From NCBI RefSeq assembly GCF_964204645.1, contig NC_134028.1:9610001-9674000 (forward strand): a stretch of 64,000 bases of DNA, in the 5' to 3' direction. The translations under genes were made by a program, and so were the position numbers. This document shows positions 1 through 12,974 of this stretch, in pieces; position 1 is the first letter of the stretch; the number at the start of each line of letters is the position of its first letter. Source of the DNA: Tubulanus polymorphus. Its lineage: Eukaryota; Animalia; Nemertea. Below the pieces are notes generated by a model, which was not told where the DNA came from, made no database searches, and saw only the letters and a program-made list of their open reading frames with translations.

Positions 1-141
1 AAATCAATACTCGCGCTCTTATCATTCGTGAGAAATACAGATGTCTTGAAATTTTGAAGGAAAAAAAATGGCGCATGCACTCTTTGTTGAAATTTCGCTT
101 GTCTGATCGAATTATGACGGATTCAAATTGTTTCCTTTTAG

Positions 142-228
142 GAGTATCACCCAAACGTCAATGTAGTTACATCAAATACTTCTCATCATTCGACACGGCT
201 GGACTGGAACATACCGAAACCATCCTAT
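142..228 (+). CDS. Stargazin/TARP (voltage-dependent calcium channel gamma subunit-like) internal exon, first extracellular loop
   Basis: tttag|GA...CTAT|gtaagt; 87 nt, phase 1-1; encodes (G)VSPKRQCSYIKYFSSFDTAGLEHTETIL, matching the 'G...C..I..F......t.e.ll' exon of stargazin-family genes; exon 1 lies upstream of the window. Confidence 0.8.
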
Positions 229-459
229 GTAAGTACATCTGCCAATTAACATCAATTAGACGGACTAGAAGGTATGAAATCCTCCTGTTAAAATCTCACA
301 AATTTTTAAGTTTGAAAATTGACTTTTTGATAGTAAAATATCAAACTTGAATGATGGTTGCTCAAAAGATAGTTGGAGTAAACCTGTGGATGGTTGATGT
401 ATAGTGTCGATTTAAAATTCATTCTTAACATGGTTATCTTAAACTGACTTTTGTTTAAG

Positions 460-566
460 TGATCTAGTTCCACAATTGTGAGTTTGATATTTGACTCAGA
501 ATTAATTCGTTGACATGAACTAATCTATAACTCGGAATTCTACCTCAGACTGTGGAACTGGATCCA
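460..566. mobile_element. ~105-bp MITE (family also at ~2136-2242 and ~34706-34819)
   Basis: Imperfect terminal inverted repeats gatctagttccaca...tgtggaactggatc; the internal 'gagtt(a/t)(a/g)..atttgactc' is shared by the three copies. Confidence 0.6.
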
Positions 567-631
567 GTTGTTTAATTATTCCGCTTAAGAAACCCCTATC
601 TATTTTGATGTGACCACTCTCAATCAGCCAG

Positions 632-759
632 GGGTCAGTTGCTCGAAAGTTGGTTAGAATAAACTAGTGGATAGTTGATATTAGTGACAATTGAAAGTTC
701 GTTGTAACTGCGGAATTCAACCAACGGTTATCTTTAACCCACGTTTGAGCCACTGGCCC
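632..759. mobile_element. PIF/Harbinger-type MITE
   Basis: TIR gggtcagttgctc...gagccactggccc flanked by 3-bp CAG duplication (629-631 / 760-762); decayed relative at ~355-445. Confidence 0.65.
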
Positions 760-3700
760 CAGTAGTTCTTAGATTCTACAAACCGAGTTAAATGATCGAA
801 TTCAATCATCGTAATCGACGAACCTAGTACCCCTAAATATTGCCCCTAAAGTAATTATTCCTGTTATGCCATCAGCGATATTGTACATGAAGGAAGAGCT
901 GCCATCGTAAAGCTAACGTGAAGATATTAATACATTTTTGTTACATTGCGATGTGTAATTCAACTTCGGGGCATTTGGAGTGCGGGTATAATACCTGCTG
1001 CGAATGTAAATCGGGATGCAAATTCCAATCCTTGAAAGTAATGCATAATTTAGGTTGCTCGTTGACTGGACTATCAACCACTCAACCAATCAGCGAGATT
1101 AGTGCAATAACATTGACCACGACCTGTTTACAACGAATTATAGCACAATGCACAGCTGAAACTGAAGTGTTAATCGATGATTAGAAACTTAATCAAATAA
1201 AAAGTGATCAAAAATCAGTTGATTTATGGTATAGGGTCTCGTTCTGAATCGCGGTTATTCATTGATGCTCCTCGTCTAAATATTCAACTCGAATCTCTAT
1301 TGATGCATGAAAATCCGTCCAGCGATTGGTCGAAGCATCGCAAATATCACCATCGCATTGAATAATTACGACAAATGGACAATTGATATGTTGTATATTA
1401 TTTTCTAACACTCATGAAACGTTTTTGCACGACGGCAGTACTATCAGATACTATGAAGCAAAGTCCACCCGTCATTGCTCGTCGACCAGTCAATGCACAA
1501 CGTCACGAGTCAATAGTCGAACGTGTCATACTCGTCAGCCAGAGTTACCGAGTCGATATTCAATGTATTATTGCCGTCAATGAGCCACTACGAGGGCGGC
1601 GGATTCTGTCCTAATCTCGAAAAAAATGGTGAACGTTGGACAATTCTTGTCGAATAAAAATGTGCTGAGAAGTCAAATACACTCAGTTGATCCTAGCGGA
1701 CCCATGGTCCTTTATTAAAAAAACGTCGTCGAACTCGCTCGTAGTTTCGTTGTTTGAGATGCCACTGGTTTCTTTTCAATAACACCTCATAATCTGTTTG
1801 GACCCAGGCGTTCTTACAATGAACCAACATCAGTCAGTATTCAGGAGTCATCGGTGTCAATACATTGATCAACGTACAACACACGCACTCAATTAGTCTA
1901 AGACTATTGTCAATCTATACCGTAAATATCCGCGCGTATTAATGCATTTTGTGATTGCCCGTCACGTTATTATCACGTAACCTTTTCTTATAGGCAAGAC
2001 AATCTCGTGAGGAGAGTAGAGTCTACACGATATAGCGTGCATAGGCCCTAACGATTTACCGGTTCTGTTCTCGTACACCGTGGCTCGATGCGGTCATGTT
2101 TGAATCCCTGCTCAGAGAATTGCGACAGTTTTCCGGGATCCAGTTCCATAGTCCTGAGTTAAGATTTGACTCTTAACCCATTGAAAATGAACTGATTTTA
2201 GCCCAAAGTTAACTCTTACTCACAACTCTTGAACTAGGTTCATACCATGGAATCAGAGGCTTCAACTCGGGACCATTGGTAATGTAGGCTCTAGTTACAG
2301 AAAATGAAGCAAAATCTTTGTTCGATTGCAAATGTAACCAGAAGTGAGCTTATATATAGTCTCATCACTGTCTGGGACTGCAGAAAAGCATCAATACGCG
2401 TGATGACGATAATGGTCCTCGCCGCACATTTAACGGCTATAGATCGAACGTGTTACATACCGGTTGTAAATCACATCAGTTGTGAACATTCACGAGCTCA
2501 ACCAGATTTATCCCGTCAGGCGAGTTACCGTAATGACTAGGACCTAATTTAAGTGCATTAGTTGATTTCTCCGTCGGTAAAATGGCTAAGACGCGGATTA
2601 CTCTAATTTTCACTAGCTGTGAGATGTATCGGAGTAATGATGAAAGCAGACAGATACGGCAACTGCTGATCAAAGAATTGTCAACACCGCCTTGCCTTAT
2701 ACTCATTAAACATTTCTCAATAAATCCGCTTAGAATCCACCATATAACCTACCAATGGAATCACCTACCACAGCAGGTAGCTTTGAATCGAGTTATTTCC
2801 CTCCAAGCGCAATCACTTCGCAATTCACTTACGACATGTCAAGATATGGTTTAGGAATTAAGACTCATTATTTTAGTAAAGCCTGATATAATCAAAGTTG
2901 TTTTCTTGGCTTTGACTATGAAACCGAGCTGAAGGTTTCGTCTGAAGAAGCTATGCAAGAATAGAGTTAATGATCGAGGATGCAGGTCACGTTTAAGATG
3001 AGTTACTTCTTGATTCGCGGGAATCCGTTTTTCAGTGAATTCCACACAACCGGCATGTGAACCGTGACACTAATCATACTACGTGACTAGTGTTATTATG
3101 TATTATTGTACCGTCTGAGCTGTGACACTATCTAAACTGCCTCCTGAGCGTGAGCCATCTACGAGGTGTCGAGAGCTCGAAGGCATTCGCGGAGTTTACC
3201 ATTGACTCTTATACGTTTTGAGCCGATTACTGAACTCCGATGAGTGCGGGCCAATGCACCCGGCCAGTTATGGGGGTAGCGACACATACCAGGTGGCGTA
3301 ATAATACACTCATTTATACGTAATGAAATCGGTTGAGATCAATGTTCTCAATGAGTGTTTGGTAAAGTTCTATTGGAAATTGATTTACTAATGAGAGAAG
3401 TTGATTCGAATTTAATTGAAATGTAGAAGAAATTGAAGCGTTGTAACTGAGTAGCCACTTGCGAACCTAGTTAATCCTCGCCTGCCATAAGTGGAATCCT
3501 CGATTGCCACAGTTACACTGCAGGTACCCCAATGGGCAAATTAACGGATTCATCGTAGCTACGGGGACATCCCCGCCGATCGAGGCGTCCCATTGCAGGG
3601 AGTAGTGATAGGGTAAAACTATTGGAATAAAAATAGACAGAGCATGTGAAATATGTCCTCTAATAACTATTCTTCTCTGTTGAGAGGGAAAACACCTTTG

Positions 3701-3909
3701 AATTACGTAAAAGGTTACCTTCAATTCAAAGGATTTTTGAGATTTCATCTTCGCTGGGCTGCTTCAGGTGTTCCTTCTGTAAAATTTCTATGCCCACTGT
3801 AATGGTTATGTCGAAACGTTGTAACTTTTATAGCTTTTCTTTGTGGGTTTTTAATTAAATTAAAAGTGTATGATTTAAATCTGTATATTTCTTTATTCTT
3901 TCTTTTCAG

Positions 3910-4050
3910 TATCAATGAGAAGATCCACAATATTTCCGCTAATTGGGCTTCTACTGTTGTTATTTGGAGAAGTTGTCAGTTTTCTAGGACACTGTACCCA
4001 CAAAAATGAAGTGCTCACTTTCGTTGCCGGGATTATGTTTGTTGTTTCAG
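3910..4050 (+). CDS. Stargazin/TARP internal exon (TM2-TM3)
   Basis: ttttcag|TA...TCAG|gtactt; 141 nt, phase 1-1; (L)SMRRSTIFPLIGLLLLLFGEVVSFLGHCTHKNEVLTFVAGIMFVVS(G) resembles stargazin 'RAVRASSIFPILS...LSAGIFFVSAG'; joins in frame with both flanking exons. Confidence 0.88.
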
Positions 4051-4087
4051 GTACTTGATTCTGCTTGTATTTGATGTTAGTGTCAGG

Positions 4088-4121
4088 CGTTCGTTCGTTC
4101 GTTCGTTCGTTCGTTCGTTCG
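4088..4121. repeat. (CGTT)n microsatellite
   Basis: About 8 tandem CGTT units just after the TARP exon donor. Confidence 0.9.
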
Positions 4122-5834
4122 AATGGTCCACATTCTGTTAAGCCATTTGAAGTATCATTGTTGTCAGTTGCTAGGCCACAGCATTTAACAAACATTGAAA
4201 GGCACCAAAACAGTATAAGTGGATGGGTTAACGCCATCGAATTTTATGATTGTCGTACAACAAGTAAGACGAAACCGCAATGTGGCAATTTATTTATTTA
4301 TTTATTTTACACTCAAACCCATTACAGGTATTAGAGGGACAACACAAAATTTACAAATTTTATAAAGCTAGAAAATTTACAAATTCGATAACAAAATAAA
4401 CTTGTTTAAGTGAACAAACAGAAATAAAATAGTTACTAATTTGGCAATTGACCATAGCAACTTCAGTGCCCCCATTCAGGCCAACTAATAAGTAAGAACG
4501 TATGCATTTTCTGGAAGGGTACAAAAGGAGGGTGGTTTATTTGAAATATATACGATTTATCCTATCGGTGCTGTCGACTCGATGATATTGATGCATTCAA
4601 AGTATCCTTCCTTTATCATAATAGCATCAATTGACTAGCTACACTCGGCTGCGAAGACTAGAATACCATAGAAACCCTTAAAATACAAATTTAAAAGAAA
4701 TTTTTTTCATCAAGAATAAAAATCAAATGTAAAAAACACGACGTTCCGTACTAACATTCCCTCCCTCCGTTTCCCTCTCCAATGCTATTTCGCTCCCATC
4801 CGAAACGTCGCGTGTATTTTAAATTCTGATAATCAAATTTCGCTTTCAACCTTATAACATTGTATTCAAGGGGTTTCAATGTTGTTATATTAATGCTTTT
4901 GTTCATAATCATTATCCGGTATGCAAATGAAATCCAAAGGCTTTGCAACGATCGAACTAATTTGTCTCGACGGCGTAAGGTTGATAGATAATTGTCTGTA
5001 GTCGAATCAGACTCTACTGCGAAAGATCCTATTCTAGCTACACTGTCATCCGTATTCTCAGAATCTAGCTTCCTTGTTCATGCACTGATCAATTTTCCTG
5101 ACGAGTACAACAGAAAATGGATGATCATCGGACGGCGATGGTGTCTTGTACATATTTATTACACTTTCCTCTGTACCCTTAGACATCAGAAGGAGGGAAG
5201 GAGTGTGCATGGAATGAATATATTCCTGATTAATCTGTTGAAAAAGTCATTTTAATTAGATCTGAAATAGTGAGATTGTGAGACTGTCATACAGGTCATA
5301 ATTATTTCGATAAATGAGGATGAATATTATCATTATTATCATAAATATGCAGTTTATTCCCGGGGTATTTAAAAATCAACAAACTTTAGTAAGATCAATT
5401 AATTTGATTAGCTAATTTACTTAATCAGGTTTTGCCATATCTTGCAATTAGTGAGGTCATATGGGGATTTTATGGTAGAGTCATCTTTCAAGGGTGGTTA
5501 CATGCAAGCGATAGGAGGCTTTCTTGTCTATATTGTAACGTAATGTAATGTTGTCTATATCATATATACTATGCGTTGTAACGAAAGCAGTAACCTTAAG
5601 GCTAGTGACAGCGCATGCGGTCCAGGAGATTGCGTTGCAGAGGTGCAACACCACTGCGGTTATAGCCATGACGCGTTGGTGATCTCAATTTTTGATTTTG
5701 AGTTCATTTGGATATAAGATAACGAATTTGCCGATCGCAGTGGAGAAATCAACATCGCACCGCACCGCCGCAGCGCAAGATGGACCGCGTGCATGATGTA
5801 TCCCCATAATCTCTGCAGGTACTGACTCATCCAA

Positions 5835-5885
5835 CCTCGACAGGGATTCGAACCTGGTGGCATCGCTAGACTCAGCCACGGCACG
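5835..5885 (-). mobile_element. tRNA-derived SINE-like head (Pol III A/B boxes)
   Basis: Minus strand cgtggctgagtc...ggttcgaatccctg; similar decayed motif at ~2077-2112 (+). Confidence 0.4.
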
Positions 5886-6265
5886 AAAACCCTAGTCCGA
5901 GTGCGCAGGTACAGGCGCAGGTTTGCCGCACGAAAAGTGACGGCACCAATCAGATTGCCCGTTGTATAATCGTTGAGAAGCAAAGTTCACGGAAAGCTAT
6001 TTAGGTGGAAAACCCGGGCTCAAATAAAATGGGATATCTGATTTGTTAATAATGACATCATCTAAGCTGCGTATCTAGTTAACAGAATAATTCGGTTTCA
6101 ATAAAAGGTTCATAAGTATTGCGCTGACTATCGATCTTAGAATATCTTGCCATTATAATATGCCAATATCTTGTCAATTGGATATCGGACTCCATTAGGC
6201 ATGTTCGTTCCTATACTGGTGAGGTCACACATAAACTAACTTGGCTTGTAATTTTCTATTTTCAG

Positions 6266-6795
6266 GATTATGCGTATTGATAGGAATAATTTTATATATC
6301 GTTAGTATTAGTAACGAAGCTGTGGATACTAAACCCAGAAGTGGAGGACCTCCGGAATTCTCTTATGAATACGGCTCATCGTTTATGATGACAATATCGT
6401 CGTTCATACTATCGGAACTAGGGGGCGTTCTATCGGTTTATCTATATATTTCACGACATAAACACGCTTATAGAAAGAAACAGGAAAGATTAGCCATGTT
6501 ACAAGCGAATCATAGAAACAATCCAAGTCACCATGGACATCATCACCATCATCAACATAACCGCGGAAGATCTCGCAGTGTCTCACGAGATCGGGACAGC
6601 ATTCAGGAGAGTTATTTTACTTATACGCCCGTCTCCGAAACGGCCAATGAGATGTCGAATTTCACGATGTCACGTGATAATTCCAGACAAACAATGTCGA
6701 CGACAGCGGAGACGCATTTTGGTCGAGATCACAACAGAGACCACTTGTATTTGTCGAGATCTGCCGAAAACCTCCGAAGAACGACACCGGTATAA
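6266..6795 (+). CDS. Stargazin/TARP terminal exon (end of TM3, TM4, cytoplasmic tail with PDZ-binding RRTTPV); CACNG2/3/4/8-like
   Basis: ttttcag|GA acceptor; GLCVLIGIILYIVSI...YEYGSSF...SFILSELGGVLSVYLYI is the PMP22/claudin-fold signature of TARPs; C-terminus RRTTPV* is the type-I TARP PDZ ligand. Confidence 0.93.
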
Positions 6796-9268
6796 CGGAG
6801 TTTGACTGTTAGGATTAAAAAAAGGGAAATACATGCAATTGGTAGAAAGTAGAAGGTACTAACTAGTACGTAGCTGAAGGAGTGCAGTTGCTCGATAAAT
6901 CGACCCCATGGTCGCTGGTTGACGTCAGGGTCGGATTTTTGTGCCGACGTTTTGTTAGAGATTTTACAAACTGTTGCTCACGAAATCACGAGGATTGTAA
7001 ATGTCGAGAGTATGAAATTTATTTAGAATAAGCTATGGGAGTCAGCTAGCCTCCCATCGTCTGGAGATTGCTTTATAGTTTACATCGACTCATCACAATA
7101 GCTTTACACTCACCAGGATTTACTGTTTTCGTCATTCCCGCTTTTAGGTTAAAACTTGCCCAGCCTCTGCAGTTTTAGTTGCGATTCAATGTATGTTCAT
7201 AATAATTCATTTCGACCTATACGTACCAAGAAATTAATTCCCCTTCCTTCGATTAAACGAAATAGGGTGTCAGTGTGGTAGGCTAATGATCGCCAGGTGA
7301 CTTTCATAAGTATATATATATATATAGCCTACAAAACTTATGGAATACGCGTAAGAGGTTTGTGGAACATTTTTGATCTACGGCCGTAAGACAAGGGCCG
7401 TTGTGCGACGCGAAGTATAAACCAACAAACGTCTCATGTTAGTGAGTAGAAGAACATGTTGATTCTGTCGTGTTTGAAATCTATAATTACATGTGTTCGA
7501 TTCCATTTCGTGGTTCCTAATCTGGGATTCTGCGGTATCATAGAACCAGATGGATCTGACACTAACCCTAACCCTTAATCCCAAGATCTATTTTAAGAGG
7601 GGCGTGAATAAGGGAAGGCATTTCTTTCTATGGCACCGGCCCGACGATAGAAATTCTGATCGCACTTACTGCAGCTATGATGCACTAGGGCCAACAGGCA
7701 CAAGTAATAAGGTCGATAACATAGTGTTGAATCAGTGATGACTCGATATTTTGAGTGTGGATGCAGTCAGTAGACCTCAATCAATATCATGATACGTGAT
7801 ACCGGCGGTACCCTCTGTCACGAAGAGACTGGTTGATGATATCACTCCGGTAGGTCGGGGTGACATTCTAGCCAACGCTACGTGTTCTCGTTAGCGCCCT
7901 AACCACGACGCACTTGCGATTGGTAAGTGTAATGTGGTATCAATTTCCTCACTCTCTCAACATGGCCACCAAAGGAATACATTTTGAATTTCTTAAGTGT
8001 TCTATAGACTAAATCGCGGGCGATTTTCTTGAAACTCGGTATGTGTGATGGGCTTCGTCCATTGATTACACCTACTGCGCAGGTTTCTCCCTGTCCCAAA
8101 ATGGCCACCATAGTGAGCATCTTGAATTCCTCATTAGCGCTCTATACGCTTAAAAAAATACTTGATTTGACTTGAGGTGTAATTGGGTAAGTTCACCGGT
8201 AGCAACTATTAAAAATCAAGTCTCTCGCACCTCCAATATAACCGTTTAGGTGGAAATTGTGAATTTCTAGATGTAGGATGTTCTTGATAGTTGCTTGATA
8301 TTGTGTGCTCGGTCCAATACATGAATCGCACCTCAAGCTTCTCGCTCTTTCAAATGGCCGTTATGGTGGAAGAAATCTTGGTTTCTAGATATCATTCTAA
8401 GAAACAACGAATGGCGTGTGATTTTCCTCAACTTTGTAGTTATGATGGGCTAGGCCCATGGATTACACCTATTGTAAAACTACTCTACTCGCTCGTTTAT
8501 AATGGCCACCATAACGATAAACATACCAGGGTGCCACTTCCTAGTAGCACATCCTCCCTCGGCCGGATTCGAACCACAAGCCGATAAAAATGGATAGAAT
8601 TAGATGGAATTAGACCGAGTTAGGTATGGGCGTGAATTCCGGTTAGCAGATACTGAAATCGAACATCCGTGGTAAAGGGAGACTAAGCGGAGGTCAGTTG
8701 AGTCTTCAGTCAAAATATCCTTCATTTACTGTCCTGTAGCTGGTATGCAGCAATCGGTAGACATCTAAATCAATATATCTAACTGATTAGGAATAGCAGT
8801 AGTAAAACACTTTTCATTTTTTAGTTCGAATAGAAAATGCAACGTGTAGATTTGGTACAAGTGTATTTGTGAATAAGTAAATAATGAAATATTATTTCAA
8901 TATATACATATAAATATATATATATATATATAAACATATAGGAATTTTTTAACTTGGTTTAAATGTTTGTTAGAAAGACTGGAACACGTTTTATGTATTA
9001 TTATATTATAATGATGTCCGTAAATATAAAGGTTTTTCATTAAAAAGATCTCTGATATTTCTTGAAATTGCGGCGTTAGAATGACAACATGGAACATCCA
9101 ATGGTTGTCTCATCATTGTCGGTACACAGATTCACATTCTAAGAGATACCATAGAACTCTCAGAGTTGTATGGAGATATGAATCGTTCATTTCGCCTAGG
9201 CGTAACGATTGAATATCGATCGGAAACCCTGAGCAATCAGTGACCGGGCGGTAAGAGTGCAAGACCAG

Positions 9269-9427
9269 GGGCCGTATTCACGAAGCACCCGCAGGCCTAC
9301 GTGTCACGTAAATCTGCCCGTAAACCTAACAAGAATTTACGGGCAGACTCGCCTACCCGTAAGTTCCCACGTAAGTTCACCCGTAAATCTTACGTGACAC
9401 GTAACGGGTGCTTCGTGAATACGGTCC
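9269..9427. mobile_element. PIF/Harbinger-type MITE
   Basis: 23-bp TIR gggccgtattcacgaagcacccg / cgggtgcttcgtgaatacggtcc, CAG duplication on both sides, internal palindromic repeats. Confidence 0.75.
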
Positions 9428-10166
9428 CAGTTCTTTTACGCTTAACTTAATTTGTCAATCCCCAGCCCTCATTGTTGGGATTATTTGTCCGATCGGCTCA
9501 AGCCGGTAGAATAACAAAATGATGTTCTGTCCTTACTATTTGTCAAAAGTGAAAAAAAATCCGAAAATCTATACCGGTATTTTGTCTACACTGTTTACAT
9601 TTTCCCAGTCACCGCGCCAGCGCTATCGGCAGAGTCTACTGCATATGGAGGAGGTTGGAGAAGGTTTGATTCATAAATCCCGAATTATCTAAATAGTAGA
9701 ACATCTAAGTGGTTGGTTATACGTATGCATGTATCTTCAATTATTGCAAGTCTTCAACTATCAATACAATTGTTGATATGCTATATTTTAAGTTAAATTA
9801 CAATAGCGTATAAGCCGCTACGAATTGACGCAAGACGGCTCAGAGATCGCGTGATCGTGTATTCATTCGTCAAGCAATACGTCTCAACTTTATCTATTTC
9901 TTTCATTGATTTATGAATTCGTGTGTCTGATAGGATGAATTATAGTATATAATCGGTAAAAAATCCAATAGATGTAGTCTCCTGGGTAAAGTCCCCACTG
10001 TAGGTAAAAACCCCCTTTTCGATTTTCTACAAGTATCCCTGACTCCTTACACCGCAGCATAGGAAATAATTTTGTTGCTCAACAAAAAAATTCATTGGCT
10101 TATAGAGAACAGAAAACATTAACAATATACTCATAAATACACGAATATACATATATGTAGGATAAC

Positions 10167-10171
<5 letters not shown>

Positions 10172-10214
<43 letters not shown>
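10172..10214. repeat. (TA)n microsatellite
   Basis: Tandem TA run. Confidence 0.9.
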
Positions 10215-10217
<3 letters not shown>

Positions 10218-12974
10218 GGATTATTGCTGTATCATTTTATTATTTTGCCTTTTTCTTTGGACAATTCAGGAACAGAGTAACTCGGTTTGCGTTTTTTCAT
10301 AAAATGAGCCAGATTTTTTTAGGGTTTTTTATTCGAATTGACGAGGGTACCAAATTAATGAATCGCAGACGATGCAGTAAGATTGGCGCCTACAATTCAT
10401 GCCGTAGCCGTTTACAATGTATATTACCAATACTTCAACTCCGATTTCGTCCGAATTATCTCATATTCGCTGATCTCTTGGTGTATTTAGGTATCTCAGT
10501 TTCCATTGGAAATAATTCACTGTCACGGCAGCAAGATGTCTTAACATGAAAGGAAAACCTGCAAGTACCTACGTAAAATTATATTTATAAAATTACCTTT
10601 CTATGTTAATGATGTGATGAATGAAAAGGAGCGTAAAAGAATTTCCAAAAAGAGGATTCAGGTATGAAAGATAGATTTCCATCGAATGTATTCGTAGGTA
10701 AAAATAATTCCGTGGTGAAAAATAAATCGTCTTCAAAATATATTCCTAAGTAATAATGATTCACCCATGGAAATGAATGTGTCAGCCACCATAATATTAT
10801 AATTTGGCCAAATAGACACAGGCCAATTTGTCACCTGTGTGAACAGTAGTTCCGGCCAAATTTGGTCTGGGCAAAAACGGTTGTGTGATTGCGACGCGTC
10901 GCATCGTAGGTGACAATTCGAATACCCGTCTCATCACCTTGCACGATGAATCTAAACCACCTAGGATTCTTGTATAGCAGGAGGTTTGAGGCCTATACAA
11001 GCTTGAGCCCTACCCAATCTGGTGAATGATCCACGTGGTCAGTGAGTGTGAGATCAATAGTTCTTACGTAGGTTCAAACCTCGCCGGGAAATGGCTGATC
11101 GAACCTAAATGAATCCTCCGACGCTCTTTTTGTTTTCATTTTAGGCCGTTCTCTTTTTATTCTCTTTTCATTTTCTATATTTAACCGGATTTCATCTTCG
11201 AAAATCTACCCGCCTGGAGACAAGACGACCCATTTTGGCCTTTTCAATGTGTTGAAAAGATTTCTACCCGATCCAAATAGAAATTCTACGCGAGATTCAA
11301 TTTATCACCCAAAATCATTTAATTGACCATTGAAATAGCTGGATTATATAACGCATCATGCTATTTCACCAGATCTTGACATATTGACATCAACATAGCA
11401 ACAATTTTCACCAATGCGCTATCTATTGGCAGAAACATTTTATTATTGGAGATTGACGAAATGTCCTGAACCGGAAAATCATGGAAAGAAGATTTATAAA
11501 CTAATAATGATAAACTTTCTTGTCAAAGAAATATTTCTTTTATGACAAATACGTAATCATGATACATACAAATTATAAAGATGACGGAAATCAAAGCATT
11601 TGAATACCAGAAATTATAAACAATTGACACATTCGAAACAAAAGAATAAAATCGATTTGTCCTTGTGGCAAATGAGGATTCACCAGGTTCGCTAGTGTGC
11701 ATTCGAACAACGGTGCCAGATTTCTTTTCATAATTTCTCACGTTCCAGAAAATTATGAATAAATATGGCACTATATATGAATCAATCTTAGTTTAGGGGA
11801 GTTGATTTGCCTATGATTTCTGATATGAACGGCTCAAAATCTCCATGAAAGGTATTGCAAATGAAATGAATTTTGATAGATTTCCAATTGATACACACGC
11901 CATCTAACGGGATAGTCGGTATCACGGGCCCTTATCGAAGTCGAGGGTTGGGGTCGTACTGGCCTTCGTCGGTCGATGACGATGTTCAAATTTAATCAAC
12001 GACGTTCTGAGTGATAGTAGGTCCATTAAATCCAAACCTGGTATAGGAAACATTTGGAATTTTGAAAAAGGCTTTTTTGTTTTTAGTTTTATGTATATAT
12101 ATAACATATTCAGGGAGACCGGCTGCTACAATGACATACGCTTACAACTGGGATGATAAACTAGTATCTAATTCCCGCATGTTTGCTCCTACTGATTGTG
12201 ACGGCTATGTTACACAAGTAGTAAGTCAGATCACTATGACGTCGCGTTGTGTCGTGATCACACCTGAAAATCGACACCTACCGATAGAAAACATGGACTG
12301 ATGTATTATCAGATCGTGAAAATCAAATTGACTATTGTTATCTTGGAGCAAGGGCTCCCTTTTCAGCAATAAGTTGCAATGGTCACGTGCTAAATAGCAG
12401 TCCCGTATCATACCAAGTGAAATTATTACGCACCGAATATGAATTCTGGAGGTCACCACTAATGATTGTATTACGACGTAAATGTCAGAAATTAAAGCAC
12501 AGTATAAATAATCATCCAGGTTTGATGGATGGTAACTCGAGGAGTAAATTCATTGCGGACTCGTGCAATCACCGAACTTCCCTGGATTATCCCCTTCCTT
12601 TTCTAAAAAAAAAACATTCTAAGTATTTTCTAATCCTACTGACAAAAGTATACATTATTACATCAGATTATCATGTTTAAATAAATCGGACAAACATCAT
12701 GCTCGAAATCTAGTTACCGCTTCAGGGGATCAACATATTTCGTGATCGAAACAATGCATTATCGTCATTAATTATATCGGAAACTCGTCATATAAAAAAA
12801 AAATTGTGAAAATAACGCAGTAGCAAGACTTGCATTTTACAGTTTACTCGGGTATGACTTGTGTCTTAATGACCGAGGGGTATGCCAATATTTCAAATCA
12901 ATACACTTTAGAACAATCGCCTGTTATAGAATATCGATTTAATGGCTGCCGATCTGGTGTTTCGTGTATTAGAT

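Noticed and set aside
7555-7585. (CCCTAA)n-like tract as an interstitial telomere (also ~29670-29745 and ~54430)
   Set aside because: Only 2-3 imperfect units; better explained as part of interspersed repeat elements
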